DNA of 64,000 nucleotides from Lama guanicoe (GCA_013239625.1 MU054098.1:2047104-2111103), one strand, 5' to 3'. Positions 27,416 through 42,628 are shown, numbered from the stretch's first letter. Notes: generated by a model not told the origin, from the letters alone. Program-made: numbers and translations.

Positions 27416-28948
27416 TTTGATTAATATAAAATTCAAAAGAGAAAAATTGAAGATGTGATTTGCATGTAGTCATTTGTCAGTTTTCTGCACCAGTCGCCAC
27501 CTCCAAGGACCTAGTTCCCAAATGGGCAATTTATGTGTGGCTGCCTCTGTCCCAAGTTGATGGCCTTCAATCATGTTTACCACAGGATTATTATTTTTCT
27601 CTCTCTTCTTTTACTCATTTTTTGTTCTTTGTGTCTCCATTGTATTCTCTTCCTTTATTTACCCTTCTCTCCTGTACCATATGTCTGCCTAAGGGCTCTA
27701 GCTCCCCTCTCGTCAGTGCACTGGGCACTGTTGTTCTGTGGATCTTTAGGGATGAAGGGATTGCTGAATCCTACTTGAGTCGAGCCCACTTAGTTCCTTT
27801 TTTGAATCACCATTGCATTCTTCCAACTGCCTAAGTGTCTCTCATCCCTTGGAGGCACACATTTCCTGCCCATATTCTCCAATTACATACCTCTATATTA
27901 CCACCTTTCTGGTTAATGCTGAAAAGAGACAACCCATGCCACTCCTAACCCTTCTCTAGTCAGCTGCCCAAACATACATGATAATACCAACTCTATTAAC
28001 AGTCGTTCCCTTGCAATAGAGAGGTGCCAGGAGCAGCAGTAAAACATGTAGTAGAATTGAAAAAGAAATATTTTATGATTTGATGGGAATGCCAGTGCTA
28101 GAAGTACAGCTTTTCTCTTTAGACTTTTCTTTAATACTCTGGAGATTCTGGCAGTGTAGAATCATCCTCAGTACACCTTAGATATTGTGTGGATGGATGA
28201 ATGAAGTAGGAGAGAAGTACCTTGGGTATCCAGTGGATAGGCTTTTGTTCCTTCTTCCTTGAAAGGCAGCATGGTATACTGAAAGATCATAGGCTTTGGA
28301 GCCAAAGATCTCAGTTGGTATCCAGGCTCTGCCACCTACGTAGCTGTATGGGGTAAAGTCACTTGATGTCTGTGTTTCAGTTTCCTTCTCTATTAAATGG
28401 GGGATGATAACAATACCTATCCCAGTGTTGTTGTTACAGTGAAATAATCAAAGGTATGTTAAATTACTTGGCACAGTGTTTGACTTAAAACAGACAGTGA
28501 TCTTCCTTAAAAGATAGCAGAGTAGAATGTGCTGGGGGTAGACTGTCAAATGATGGCATCACTTTGATTTGACTGTAGGCTCTGTACTATGTGCTCTGTA
28601 TTTTGGGAAGGGAGAGTCACAGAGCCAAGATAGACATGGACCCTACTTGAGAAACAAAGATTCTTACCCTGATTGGCTTGAGAGAGATGAAGGGGGTAAG
28701 GAGGACAATAGAAGCAGGCATTGCCAATAAGCAAAAGTGATTCTCAGAGTAACTAAATAGGTTTCTCACTCTGACACTCTGGATGGCTTCCTGTAGCCTC
28801 CAGTATGAAGGGGTCACACTCATGTCTTCAACTCCTCTTTCCCTAGGTTTCCCATTCAAGTTATCCTAAACCATCCACAGTTACGGTTTTCAGTCCTAAC
28901 CTGAATTATCAAAGGTATAACTTGTATTAAGGCAGCAATCTTGATATC

Positions 28949-29480
28949 CGTGTTGAATTAAAGATAGCCACAAATGCTTTGGTACTCTTCCCATAGGGAG
29001 GCCGAGTCTGTCTCTACCCTCTATCCTCCTAGTCTGGGCTGGCCTACCTACAACTGCTTTACCCAATATAGTATGGCAAAATCAAGTTCGTTCTAGGCCT
29101 AGCCTCGAAAGAACATGTAGTTTCCATGTTGGTTTCTTAGGGCTCTGAGCCATCATATAAAAGAATCTGACTACTCTGCTGAAGAGACCGCATGGAAAGT
29201 CCTGGAGATACTTGGAGACAGAGAGAGGCTCAGCTGAGTCCAAACTTCAGCTACTTCTGCCAAGACACCAGATGTGTGAGTGAAGCAGTCTTGGACTCTC
29301 CATACTAGCCATCTGAATACCACTGAATGACCCTAGTTGACAATTGCAGTAGAAGAATTGCTCAGCTGAGCCCAGACCAAATTGTGAGTGACAGAGCTAT
29401 GAGATATAATAAAGTAGTGGTTGTTATAAGCTACTATGTTCTGGGAGTGGTTTGTTATACAATAATGGATAACCAGGAAA
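28949..29480 (+). mobile_element. MaLR solo LTR (MLT1G/H-like)
   Basis: aaagatagccacaaat...ataataaagtagtggttgttataagctactatgttctgggagtggtttgttatacaataatggataacc. Confidence 0.75.
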
Positions 29481-31419
29481 ATGCCAAATCAGATCCATAT
29501 AAATTTAAGACTGTTCTTTTTAATCAAAAGTAATTTATGTATGTGACAAAATAAAACAGTACATAAAGATTTAAAATGCAAAGTTAGTCTTTTTCCTGAC
29601 CCCAATACCATTCCCCATGGAAACCATTACATTCCTTTTATATCTCTCTAGAAGTTTTAATAAATATAAAAATATGTGTTTCTAGGCATATCTTTATTTT
29701 GTCCAACCGAGACCATATTACGTATCTAAGTGTCCAGCCAGCTAGCTGCACTGCTCTGCACTTCACATTTCTCACTTGCCAGTATCTCTTGGAGAGCTAT
29801 CAACATTTATAGGCCTCCCTCCTACATTTTAGACACACCATATTTTTTCTGTTGTAGGAATAGCATAAACCCCACAAGGGCAGGGATTTTTGTCTATGTG
29901 ATTAAATAACTTGCCTAAGGTCATTCGGCTGGTAGAGTGGCAGAGCTAGAATTTGAATTCTAGAAGTTTGGTCTAGGTAGCAACATTCAACAGAAGTTTC
30001 TGCAGTGATGAAAATATTCTGTCTTGCTGTGTGATGTGTTAGCCACAGCCATGGGTTGTTGTTGAAGAGTTGAAAAATTAGGTTTGTTAGACTGAATTTT
30101 TAATTTTATTTTATGATTTTAAATTTTATTTATTTTTTAATTATATATATATTTTAATTGAAGTATAGTCGGTTTACAATGCTGTGTCAATTTCTGGTGT
30201 ACAGCATAATGCTTCAGTCATACATATATTTGTTTTCATATTTTCACCGTAAGTTATAAATATTTAGTTTTACTAATTTATCTAATTGTATTAATGTAAT
30301 TTATTTTATTTTATTAATTTAAATGTAATAGCCACAATGTAACCAGGGCTTGAGAGTCTGTGCTCTTAGCTGCTACACTCCTCTGGAGAAAAGAGCCTAC
30401 TAAGGAGACTCAGGAGTAGCCAGAGAGACATAAAGAAAATGAAGAATGTGGTGTCCTAAAAGCCAAGAGAAGAGAGTATGTCCAAGAAAAGGGCACAGTC
30501 AGTTGCGTTTAATACTGCTGCAAATTGCTAGATGAGGATAGAGAAGTGACCGCTGGAGTCAGCCAGGCAAAGGTGACCTAGAAGAGCAGTTTTGGAGTTA
30601 CAGATATTGGAGGTATTGTGATATGAGGAAAGTGAAAGCAGCATGTATAGACAATTCTTTCAAAAACTGCTATAAAGGAGAGCAGAGAAACTGCAGTAGC
30701 TGGAGGCAAATGTAGAATGAAGACAGGCTTTTACTGAGATGGCCAGATGGTTGAATGATGATGGTATTGATCCCTTCATGGAGAGAGATTGATGCAGAAT
30801 AGCAAGGTCCTTCAGAAAGTGAAGGTGCAATGAGGAGGACTTGACAAAGTGAACTGAAGGTAAATGAGAAATTTCAGTTGATTTCAACTGATTTCCTAGT
30901 ACACATATTTCAACTTTGCTGTGATTTTCAAAATAACATTAGATCTACGAAACTATGAGGGCGTTCCTTTATACCTAATGGCCTATAAACACTGGATATA
31001 CAAACAAGCCCCACTGAGAATTTAGAGAAGCTAAATACTTCTAACGGGACATAGCTGTTTTCAAGCAAGCTTATAAAACCATTGTGTTATCAGTAGCACT
31101 TAATTCTAAGGTAAGGTCTGTATGTACTGTCTATCAATGGATCATGCTTGCAACATATTCTCATGAATATGATCTAATCTTATCCTCAAAAGTGTATTCA
31201 TAGCAAATGGTAGTATGCCCATTTTATAATGAGGAAACCCTGAGGTATGGAGAGGTACAGTGATTGTGTAAGGTCATATGGCAAGTTAAAGGCAGAACTG
31301 TGAGTAGACCCCATCTTCTAATTCATTGTCCTGTGTGTACTACAATGACTTTTTTTCCTCTCTATTGGTGAGGGTGTATCTTCAATCATTTGAGAATTTT
31401 TTCCCGTAAGAAAAGAAAA

Positions 31420-31958
31420 TATATGTATATTACACACAGACACAATGGAATATTATTCGGCCATAGAAAACAAGGAAATCTTGCCATTTGCAACAAAGTG
31501 GATGGACCTGGAGGGCATTATGCTAAGTGAAATAAGTCAGAGAAAGACAAATACTATGTGATCTGAAAAAAAACAACCAAACAACACCACCAACAACAAA
31601 CAAACTCATAGATAAAGAAAACAGATTGGTAGTTGCCAGAGGCAGGGAGTGGGGGCTGGGCAAAATGAGTAAAGGGGGTCAAAAGGTATAAACTTCTAGT
31701 TATAAAATAAATAAATCCTGGGGATGTAATGTACAGCATGATGACTATAGTTAATACTCTATTGTGTATTTGAAAGTTGTTAAGAGAGTAGATCCTAAAA
31801 GTTCTCATCATAAGAAAACAATGTTTAACTATGTAGTGATGGGTGTTAACTAGACTTGCTATGGTGATCATTTCACAATATACACATATAGTGAATCATT
31901 ATGTTGTACACTTGAAACTAATATGTTATATGTCAATTATATCTCAATAAAAATAAGA
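31420..31958 (+). mobile_element. L1MA9-like 3' end
   Basis: caatggaatattattcggccat...ggacctggagggcattatgctaagtgaaataagtcag...tcaattatatctcaataaaa. Confidence 0.88.
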
Positions 31959-34104
31959 AAATAACAATCAAATATTTTAAACAGAGAAACAAAACATTAA
32001 TCATGAGCTTGAACTGAAACCTACAATGGGAGGGACTTAGGAGATCAATCAATGGGCACATTTATAGTTACTGTGACCCAATAAGCACACTTGACTTTCT
32101 CAAGCCCCCGCAACTAGGTGGTTGGGACTAGCATATTGACTCCTCATGCGCACTATAGATGATGCTCAATGGCAGTCCAATATCTGTTTGTTGAATGAAT
32201 CACCTATTTAGTGAGGATGGTAAAGTCAGACAAAAGCTCCCAGCAACAGCCCTGTCAGGTGCAAACTTTCTCACACTTTAATTGGATTAAGTAAATGAAA
32301 GATTTAAGCTGAGAAAGGTGTTTTGATGGTTGTTAGTTGGACTCCAGCCATCAAATGAAGATTTCATGGACTTGATCCCACACAAATGAATCCTCAGTTC
32401 AACATTAAATTGGTGCATTTAACTCCATGTCCTCGTTATCCTTATCCAAGCCTCTAATTGGCTTCAACAACAGGAGGAGCCAGGGAAGAACCTGTGGGAG
32501 GATTGCCTCGTGGTAAGAGTGGGTTTTTTTCATAGCTATATCCTTAGTTCTGTGACCTTGGGCAAGTTTTTCAGCATTTGGGAGCTTATTGCTACTTCAT
32601 ATGGTTGTTGTGAGGATTAAACAATATTATACACACAAAACACCTCGTACCATGTTTGGTATGTAGTAAACAGTCAATAGTTTTTGTCTGATGTCATTGT
32701 CATCATTATAATGACACCAGTTGTCAAAATGAAAAGATTCCCAGTGCTTTAGTTTTCAGAAAAAGCACCTATTACAGCAAGGAGCCACTGTGTACAGCAT
32801 GATGGATAAAAACACAGGTTAACAGTAGAAAGATCTGGGTTCAAATGTGAGCCCTGCCACTTACTAGTTGTGCATCTTTGGGCACTTTACTCAACTTGTC
32901 TGTGGCTCCATTAACGAGGATTGATAAAAATATTTTCCCCCCTAAGGTTATTGAGAAGATTAAGTGAAGTTAAACGTACATACAAAGCATTCAGCACAAT
33001 AGTTTGCATTAAATGTAACTTGCTGTTAGCAGGCAATCAGCTCAGTTCTCAAGAGCCTCTTTGGAGAGGATGCCCCAGGCTTGGCTTCTGGGAGGGAGGG
33101 ACGGAGGGACCCATTCAACTTGACAAAGGCCTGCAACAGAGGCTACCCGAAGGCCTTGTGTGTGCTCCCTGTGTTTCCTCTCTCAGAGGCCCGTTTCCTT
33201 TTTTCTCCCATCATTTCCTGTCATTCTTGCCAGTTCAAAGCCTTTTATGGTGACTTGGGGTTTGGCCTTTATGGGTTCAGTTTACAGGCATTTCCTGTTA
33301 CCTTTCCTGTTGGTTTCCTTCTTTTTGGACAGTGTTTTCCTGTGCTCAGCAGAGCACAATGAGGCAGTTTAATACATCATCCTGTCCACAGAGGGGCAGC
33401 AGAAGTGTGGTAGAAACAGCCCTCACCTGGGTATCTGAATGGCTAGGTTTTCATTTTCCTAAGCTTGCTTGGGCATGTCACTTTCCCACTCTGAGCCTTG
33501 GTTTCGCTGTTTTTACATAGACGGCATTCAACTAGTCTGATGAACAACCAGAGACCCCAGATCCCTACCTAGGTCCCCGTCGTGCCCTGTCTACCTTTGT
33601 GGTGAGGCCCTTGATCTAATTTCATGTTTATTTGGCTCTTAAAGACCAGAAGGATGGTGAAGAAATAAACCAGTCTACTTAAGGTAGCCCTCCTAGAGGA
33701 GAGGAAGCTTTTAGTATCACTCACCCATGGGGGTGGGGACGAGGGTTTGGCTGCGGGGTTTGCCAAAAGCAACTCATTCACTGAGCAGCATTAGTTAGAA
33801 CGCCCTGAGCAGTCAGTCCTTCTGGAAAACTTATGGTTCAGGTATTGCTTAATGTTTTTCAGTTGCCCTCCTTGCCCACAGAGAGGAGTCCATCCAAGGG
33901 GAGAAGCTAGGCTAAGCTGGAGGTGGCAGGAGGGGATCAGTGGGTGAGGGAGCAGCTTAATTCAGCCACATATCCCTGGTGCCTGGCACACTCTTGGCAC
34001 TCTCTAAACACTGCACTGAGTGGAATGAACAAACTGTAATTTGGCTCTGTTGCCACCTTATTGTGTGACCATGGCAAAGTCATTTCAGATCTTTATTTGT
34101 TGTG

Positions 34105-34452
34105 TTTTTTTAATTGAACTATATTTGACATATAGCATTGTATAAATATAAGCTGTACAACATGTTAGTTTGACACATTTATATATTGTAATACCATTGC
34201 CACTGAAGTACTCATTAGGACCTATATCACATTACATAATTATAATTTCTTTTTAGTGGTTGGAATAATTAAGTTTTAGTCTCTTAGCAAGTTTGTACAT
34301 TAGATCTCTAGGGTTTATTTATTACTTGTTCTAATTTTGCAGCCTTAAACATCATCTGTCCTATTCTGTCACCTCCCAGCCCCTAGTAACCACCATTTTA
34401 CTCTCTGTTATTTTTTCTTAAATGAGTTTGGCTTTTTTAGATTCCACATATA
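34105..34452 (-). mobile_element. L1 3'-end fragment
   Basis: T-run then aattgaactatatttgacata...ttttagattccacatata. Confidence 0.8.
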
Positions 34453-35000
34453 GATTTCAGTTCTTTAGACTTATTTCCCCATGACTAAAGTGAGGATGAT
34501 CTTACCTGCCTTCAGAGATTAGAGGCCATGAAATGACAGTTACTACGTGAAAGCAGTGCTCTGTACATCAGACCACCACGTGATGGCGGTAAAGTCAAGT
34601 GGATTCATTCCGTTCTATGCTGCTTTCCTGGTCCTGCCTCTGATCCTTAGGTCAAAGAATATAATTCATGCTTCATTTCCTTGCTACTGTTTCCTTCAGC
34701 CGATTCCTTCTATAAACCTCAGTATCAGCTTTCTATGTCCCCCTCACCTTTAGTGTTTGTTTTTCCCTGTGGAGTCTGGAATGATACTGTATCCTAAACC
34801 TTTGTTTTAAAATCAGAAAGCATTTTTAAATGGGGGTGTTGATACTGTAGCATGCATTTCACAGGGTTCTTGTGAGATTAAAATTAAGTGATGTACCTAA
34901 AACATTTAGTACAGGGCCTGCACTCAATAAATGTTAACAATAACTGCTATTATTATTATTATTATAGGTTAGGTTGACCCACAAGATTGTTTTGTTTTTG

Positions 35001-35133
35001 TTTTTAAATGCTTATTTTTTGGGGGGAGGTAGTTAAGTTTACTTATTTATTTTTGGAGGAAGTACTGGGAATTGAACCAGGGACCTTGTGTATGCTAAGC
35101 CTGCACTCTACCATTTGAGCTATACCCTCCCCC
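35001..35133 (-). mobile_element. tRNA-derived SINE (Vic-1-like)
   Basis: Reverse complement of the same family: gtactgggaattgaaccagggaccttgtgtatgctaagc...gagctataccctcccc. Confidence 0.85.
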
Positions 35134-36330
35134 TGCTTTTGTTTTTGAATAAAGTGAAATAGATTTCAAATGTAGGAACCAGAAGGAAAACCAGGAACAA
35201 CCCCTGCACATCCTAGGTTCAATTCTCTGGCAACGTTAGAGTTAGGGGGTGAAAATATGTCTGTGTGTTGTGCCATATGACTTTTCCAAACCATCTTCAC
35301 CAAGCCCCATCATGGTGAATTGGGAGAAATTGCATGTGAATGTATCTTTCAAGTGAAAACCCCTAGCAATGTATCGAGCATACTGTAGGTTCTCAATAAA
35401 TGTTGATTCCTTTCTACTTTTCATCTCAAAGCGACCAGTTTGGGGTAATGATATGGTATGGTTCTAGTGGTTCCTCACTACACTGTGTGTTGGAATCATC
35501 TGGGCCTTCTCCCCAGACATGATTCTGTAGATCTGGAGCAGGGCCTAGGAATCTGTATTGGAAAGCTCTCCCCAGACATTCTTGAAAAGTGGTGGACTAG
35601 TTGAAAAGTGTTTCAGTGTGAGAACAAGGAGCTGAGAAGTATCGATCATTCTCGGTGCCGTGCTAAGTGCTCTGTATGTGTCATCTCATTTGACCTTCAC
35701 AGCTGCTTTGAGAGGTAGGTAGTGTCATTAGCATCATGCCTATCTGGGAGCTGAAACTCAGAAAGATTAAATGACTTGCCTAGAGGTTCTGTTTGTAAAT
35801 GACAGGGAATGGTTTTAAACGTAGTTCCCAGTGACCCTCATTCTGGCCCCTTCTCCCTGTACCACGTGACTTCCCAAGCACACAGGTGCCTGGTCCAGTC
35901 TCTATCTATTAAGTGCAGAACTTGGTCAGACACTTCATCTGGCTGCTCATTTGTTTACTCTATAACAATATTCCTCCTTATGGCTGGGACTTGATGGATG
36001 AATAAAACAAATGAAAGAGGATTAAATGAGATAATGGATGGAAAAATTGCATTGTAAATTGTAAAGTGCTATACACATGTTGTATTATCTGCGACATTGG
36101 TTATTGCTCAGGGACCTTGGGCCCCAGGAACATCTCTGTGGTCTATATCTGTTAACCAAAGGAACATGGATGGAAATAGCTGATGCTCAAAGCTGACATT
36201 GCTGGTATGGGGTGAAGCCAACGGCTGGAATGAGGGTGCACGTGTTCCTGAGTTGTGAGGTAGGTCAGCTTGCCAAGTCGGGCCTTTTCTCACCTTTAAG
36301 TATTTGAAGATTATGTCAAAAATAGATAAG

Positions 36331-36519
36331 ATAGACATTACTATATATATAAAATAGATGAACAAGGGCCTATTGATGGCACAGGGAACTATATTCAATT
36401 TCTTGTAATCTGAAAAAAAATATATGTATGTATACATATAACTGAATTGCTTTGTTCTACATCTGAAACTAACATTGTAAATTGACTACACTTCAAAAAA
36501 AGTAAGAATTAAAAAAAGA
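36331..36519 (+). mobile_element. L1 3'-end insertion
   Basis: gcacagggaactatattcaa...gtaaattgactacacttcaaaa. TSD aaaaatagataag at 36318-36330 and 36520-36532. Confidence 0.85.
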
Positions 36520-36656
36520 AAAAATAGATAAGTCACTCAATAAGCATATTCATTACACTTACTGTATACAAGATGTTGAATAGAGCATTGTACATAATTC
36601 ATAGAATTTGAGAATATAGTCTTCAAGGAACTTGTAGTTTATTTGAGAACACATTT

Positions 36657-36700
36657 CATATATAATATATAATATATATAATATATATAATATATATATT
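36657..36700. repeat. AT-rich (TA/TAA) simple repeat
   Basis: catatataatatataatatatataatatatataatatatatatt. Confidence 0.9.
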
Positions 36701-37620
36701 AAACAATGAACATTTAAAAAATACAACCATAATGTCAATCCCAACCCATAATGATGTCACTCATCAGAAGGAATAAATACCGCTCGCAAAGGCATACAAT
36801 GAAACCTCTATAATCTTCCTTCCCTCAGTATCACTTTTCATTGGGATTACAGAAAACAGCCCCTGACTTTCTCCCTATTCCCCAAGATACTGCATATGAC
36901 GGCCTTGATCTGTCTCCCATTTTGTGGCCAAAGTGATATTTCAAAAATGTAAATCTGATGTCATTCTCATTCTTTAGCAATGGTTCCCCAATGCCTTCAA
37001 GATAAGCTCCAGACTCCTTGCCATGGTCTACAGGGACCCTGGCCATCACCTCCATCACCACTCAAGCTTCTCTTGCCCAGCCACCCTGAAAATACTGTGT
37101 TCCTTCAAACTTTTTCATCCTTGCATGTGTTCTTCCCTTTGCTAGAAATACCCATATCCCCTTCCTCAGCTACCTGTTTGCTTTTTTTGAAAACTCCCTG
37201 CCCCCTTTAAACTGGATTTGATGCCCCTCATCTGTATCCTTGCAGCACTCTATGTCATAACACTTGTCACATTAATAGTCTGTTTACTTGTTCCATGTCT
37301 GTCTCTGGCTCCCTTCCACTCACCGGTTTGTTGGTCTTACCTATGGGAGAACAACATGTTTAAAGAGCTTAACTTAGTGCCTGGCATGTGGAGGCATTTT
37401 GCCACTATTAGCTATTTCTATTCCAGTTACAGACTTAATTAGCTGAGAAAGTTCAACTGGATGCAAGAAGAGCTCTATTGAGCAGATGTTAGAGGAGAGG
37501 GGCCAATTTTTCAGAGGCCAAGTATCCTACAGAGCTCATGCAGAGTCAAAGAGGTCCGATACTTGCTTAGCTGTTTTCTTGATTTGTTTTGTTTTTACCT
37601 ATCACTTTGGGGAGAGTACC

Positions 37621-37984
37621 TGTCTTAGTCTGTTTGGGATGCTATGAGAGATACTAAAGACTGGGCCACTTGTAAACAACAGAATGTTTTTCTCCCAGTT
37701 CTGGAGGCTGGACAGTCCAAGATCAGTGTGCCAGCAGATTCAGTGTCTGGTGAGGAATGCTTCCTAATTTCATACATGGCTATCTCCTTACTGTGTCCTC
37801 GAACAAGACAGAGGAGGGCAAGGGAGCTCCCTGAGGTCTCTCTTTTAGGGGCATGAATCCCATTCATGAAGGCTCTGCTCTATGACCCAATCACTTCCCA
37901 GAGGCTCCGCCCCCAAATGCCATCACACTGGGCATTAGCATTTAACATGTGTATTTTGGGGACACAGATATTTAGTCTATAGCA
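37621..37984 (-). mobile_element. MaLR solo LTR (MLT1A-like)
   Basis: Starts tgtcttagtctgtttggg, ends tttagtctatagca. Contains cagttctggaggctggacagtccaagatcag. 5-bp TSD gtacc/gttcc. Confidence 0.88.
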
Positions 37985-38281
37985 GTTCCCAAAGCTTTTC
38001 TGAGAAGCTGCACCAAGTGTAGTTGATAGGTTATACAAAGGACAACACAGTGACATGGAGGTTTTTTCAGGGGGAGGTAGGGGTCAGTCTTGGGAAAGAC
38101 CCCGCAGCATCATTTAAATTCATCTGAGACATAATTCCTCCCCCTCACCCCCAATAGAATAAAAAGATGGGCAGAGTAGATAACACTCAGGCTCGCTATA
38201 CAAGAAATGATATAAATAGGAAAGACAGGCTGGCAAAGTATGAGGATGGGTCAGAAGCGAATGCTCAGTAGTGGCAGGGAG

Positions 38282-38491
38282 TTCGAGATTTGTAGATATT
38301 GACTGGTATACATAAAATAGATAAACAAGTTTATACTGTATAGCACAGGGAAATATATCAATATCTTGTGGTGGCTTTCAGAGAAAAGGAATATGTAAAT
38401 GAATATATGTATATTCATGTGTGACTGAAGCATTGTACTGTACACCAGAAATTGACACATTGTAAACTGACTATACCTCAATAAAAAAAAA
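38282..38491 (+). mobile_element. L1 3'-end insertion
   Basis: tatagcacagggaaatatat...gtaaactgactatacctcaataaaaaaaaaa. TSD agtggc(a/t)gggag. Confidence 0.85.
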
Positions 38492-40444
38492 AGTGGCTGG
38501 GAGGATTTCAATAGCAGGACTCAATTTGTTTAGCAGAAGTTTGTGTAAAAGAGGGGAAAAAATCAACCAAATCAGGGCACTTCCGTCACCATGAGGATTT
38601 GACCCTTTACTGAGTACTGCTCTGACATTCTAGCAAATGCCCTTGTCTGCTCTTACCCTTTAGAACACTGAGTTGGACCAAGATAGAATTGGCAACTCAG
38701 AAATTCCTACCTCCCTAGCAGACCTGACTGAGCCAGCCAAATAGTGGCTACTAGCAATAATACGTTTATCTGAACTAATGAAGTTTTCAGAGGTTCTTTT
38801 TGGGGGTTTTTTTTTGGGTTTGTTTGTTTGTTTGCCTTTTTCTCTGGCAAGGGAGCCTGACAGGCTCCTGGAATCTTCAGTAGGTTCTGGACCTCCAATC
38901 TGGGCTCCTACTGACTCTTCACACCCAGCCTAGAGAGTGAGAAGAAAGCTTTTCTCGTGGCTTTCCCTATCTTTTTACTGGGCACTGTGGTGGATGTGAG
39001 GGTAACGGTATTTGGCAATTGCCTTTGAATTCATCGGCTTTGCTTTATCTTTGACAATTATTTGTGCTGAATCTAGCGGAGAAAGTTCCCTGCTCACTTA
39101 GCTTGGCCTTGGCTGTACTGAAAATGTTTTTCTGCTGCTACCTATGGAGACCCTAAAGTCAGCAGCATCTCTCTGAACAGATGGGACCACCAGCCTTTTC
39201 CAAAACCCTGCTGTCTGCTTAACACTAAATTCAGGTCCCCATGGCAAAAATATGTTGAGTAAGAAAATAGCAACCTGCCCTCTTCCTCACCCCCGCCCCC
39301 ACCGACCACGCACACCAAACAGCAATTGGGGAGGTGGGTGGCAGTCCTGGTTTCAGAAGCTTTAGATGGTGCCACAGTGATGGGAGGAGCAGCTGGTTTT
39401 CCTGAGCTGCGTCTGCTTTGGCAAAAATAAGACCCTCATTAGGAAGAGGTCTATTGAAAATTTCAATCTCTTCATTCCTCAGTCCCTGTGCATCACATTC
39501 TTGAATGTTCCCATCTTCTAATGTTCTCTAAACAAACTCCCCCTGCCTTTCTTCTCATCCTCTTCCACCTACCCCATGACCCTCCTTTAGTCTCTTTCTC
39601 TCCCTTGATCTCTCTCTAGTCCTTGCCCTCCCTCTACTCCATAGAATTCCAAGTCTCCTTAGGTGTCTCTCTGGAGCTGAGGGTCTTGCCCTCAGGGCTA
39701 GTGCAGGCAGCCTGATTTGATATGATGAAGGCTGTGATGGCTCCCAGGTGGCTCCCAGACAGACATCCTGCATATCTGTCCTGTCCCTCTGCTCTGGGTG
39801 CTGAGGTTAAGGACAATATGCTGGTTCCCACTGCGTGTCCTCCTCCATCCTTGCAGTAACTCCTTCCCTTATTTTGTGTATCTAAGGCTACAGCAGTGTC
39901 TTTCAAATTCCCTGGTTATTGGACAATATTAGATGAAAAAAAAACATGTTAGTATGGTTCTCTTTGCATTCTACCTGAACCACCTCCCAACATCTGACTC
40001 CATGAGTTCCTAGAATTTAAAGGAATTCAGTCCCCTCTCTACACCCTTGAGTTGTTTACATTCTTAAAACAGCTTTATTCCTTCCTGCTCTACCCCAAGG
40101 CTTGCCTCCATCAGCCTCTCCCCCACCACACTAATATCCAGAGCTTCTTACCACTGATCCCAAGTCACAAGCAAGGCTTTTTCTGGAGTATTAGCTCTGA
40201 GAACATGACTTTTGGCAACTCTTGCATCAAATCAAAACTTTATGTATCTTAAAATTCCATTACATTTCATCTAGCCCTAGTCAGTTTTTGAGGTGTTAGT
40301 GGTTGTTATGTTCCTGCTATATCCCTGCTTCTCTGCCTCCTCCTCCAACCTTTCAGAGGCCTAGAATTCCATCGGATGATTCTCTAAAAAGCAAGACTTG
40401 AGAAACCCAAAAGATAGACTTAGCTTACTTTCTCTCTCTCTCTT

Positions 40445-41204
40445 TTTAATCAAGACTTTAATAAAGCAGTTTAAGGTTCACAGCAAAATTAAGGGGAAGT
40501 AACAGAGATTTTCCATATCCACCTTCCCCCACACATACATAGCCTCCCGCATTCTCAATGCGCCCCACCAGAGAGGTACATTTGTTACAACTGATGAACC
40601 TACATAGATACATCGTAATCACCCAAAGTCCATAGTTTACATTATGGTTCATTCTTGGTGTCATACATTTTATAGGTTTGGACAAATGTGTAATGACATG
40701 CATCCATCATTATAATATCATACAGAGTATTTTCACTGCTCTGACAATCCTCTGTGCTCTGCCTAGTCATCCTTCCTCACACACATCCATCTCATGGCAA
40801 CCACTGATCCTTTTACTATTGCCATCAGTTTTTCCTTTTCCAGAGTGTCTTATAGTTGGAATTATATAGTATGTAGACTTTTCGGAATGGCTTCTTTCAC
40901 TTAGTAATATGCATTTGAGTTTCCTCAATGTCTTTTCATGGCTTGATGCCTCATTTCTTTTCAACACTCAATAGTATTCCATTGTCTGAATGTACCACGG
41001 TTTATTTAGCCTAATGAAGGACATCTTGGTGGTTTCCGAGTTTTGGCAATGATGGATAAAGTTGCTTTAAACATCTGTGTGCAGATGTTTGTGTGGATGT
41101 AAGTTTTCAGCTCCTTTGGGTAAATACCAAGTAGCATGACTGTAAGATCATACAGTATGAGTCTGTTTAGTTTAGTAAGAAACAAACTGTCTTCCAAAGT
41201 GGGC
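40445..41204 (-). mobile_element. Old L1M 3' region
   Basis: gcagtttaaggttcacagcaaaatt...ggcttctttcacttagtaatatgcattt...aaactgtcttccaaagtgg. Confidence 0.85.
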
Positions 41205-42628
41205 TCACTCTCTTTTTATGCCTTTCCTCTCTTCCTCCCAGGAGGGCTTCTTTCTTTCAATTAGTTCTTTGGCATTCTTGGCTTCTAAGCTGGGTCTATG
41301 ACCATACCCCCTGCAGGGGATAATTTCTGTCAGACTCTTTCCTATTCTGATTCCCAACCCTGACACCCACACCAATGTCGGGCCCCTCCAAAAGCATTGG
41401 CTCGTGGCTAACTCTTCCCAGTAGCTCATCATGAACCATTGACAGCTGGCCAGACACCAAGTCCCTGAAGGGCATAGGGTTGGGACTCTAGGGAAGGGGG
41501 ATCAGTTTAAGTAGCAGATAGTGACAATTTGTTCTCTAAACAGCAGAGATGTAATAACATAACTTAATGCTGAATCAAAGGAAATAGAGTCAAACTCCAA
41601 ACCAATTTGATTTGCAACTTGGAATAAAAGCAACGTGTCTTAATTTAAATGTCAGGCCCACTGCTGAGTGATGATTTAATAACTTTTATGAAGGATCTTG
41701 TCACAGCAAATTCAACACTGGAATAGAAAGACTCACAGATAGGATGTTAGAAATGATACAGAAGAGCACAAAAGGGAACGGGCTTATCTCAGGGCTTATC
41801 CAGAAGCTTTGCATAAAGCTAATTTGCAGTTAGTACCTCTTCTCTCCCCCTACCCTGCTGCCCAGTCTTTCTCTTCACAGATTCGTACGCATGTACATAG
41901 ACATCTGGGGATTATGTCTACATACAGCTCACTGCAGTATTTTCTGGGGACACAGGTCCTTGAACACTTATAGCATGGAGGCTCAGAGTCAGCGCATTCA
42001 ATCTGAAAGGCAAGGTAGCAGTGAGCCTGGCTGTTTCTGAAGGTGATCTCAAAAACTCATCTGGTCCTATTGCTCTATCTTTAGGCAGGTACTTAATTAT
42101 TTTCTCTCATTTTAAGGGTGAGAGAGCTGAGATCCAGTGGGGTTAAGTGATTTCTTCAAAGACTCCAGTTTCCTGACTCCCAGGGAATCAGTGCTTCCTT
42201 CTCAGTACCTTGTGAGATCTCTCCTTGACCTTCCCCAGCTTCCCTGGGCTAGCACACTAGAATGCTCAAGGCTGACCAAGCCCCAGTTCCAGCCAGCATC
42301 CCAGAACAGTAAGGAACCATGCATAACTGTTCTTAAGGGAGAAGAATCCACTCTACTGGGGTAAACTTTCAGTCATTAAGATTCATTTTAGAGGTAATTC
42401 AAAGTGTAAATATCTGGTGTTTTCCTAGATGATAGTTGCTCAACCTTAAAAATACTGACATTTTTGGCCAGGTCATTTTTTGTTGTGGAAGGCTCCTTTG
42501 TGTATTGTTGGATGTGTAACAACATCCCTGGCCTCTGATTAACCAGTGTCTGACTATAGCATAAAAGTATCTCCAATCCCTTTTACACAGAACTTTTAGG
42601 TTAATCTTCCCAAACTGTACCTCTAACC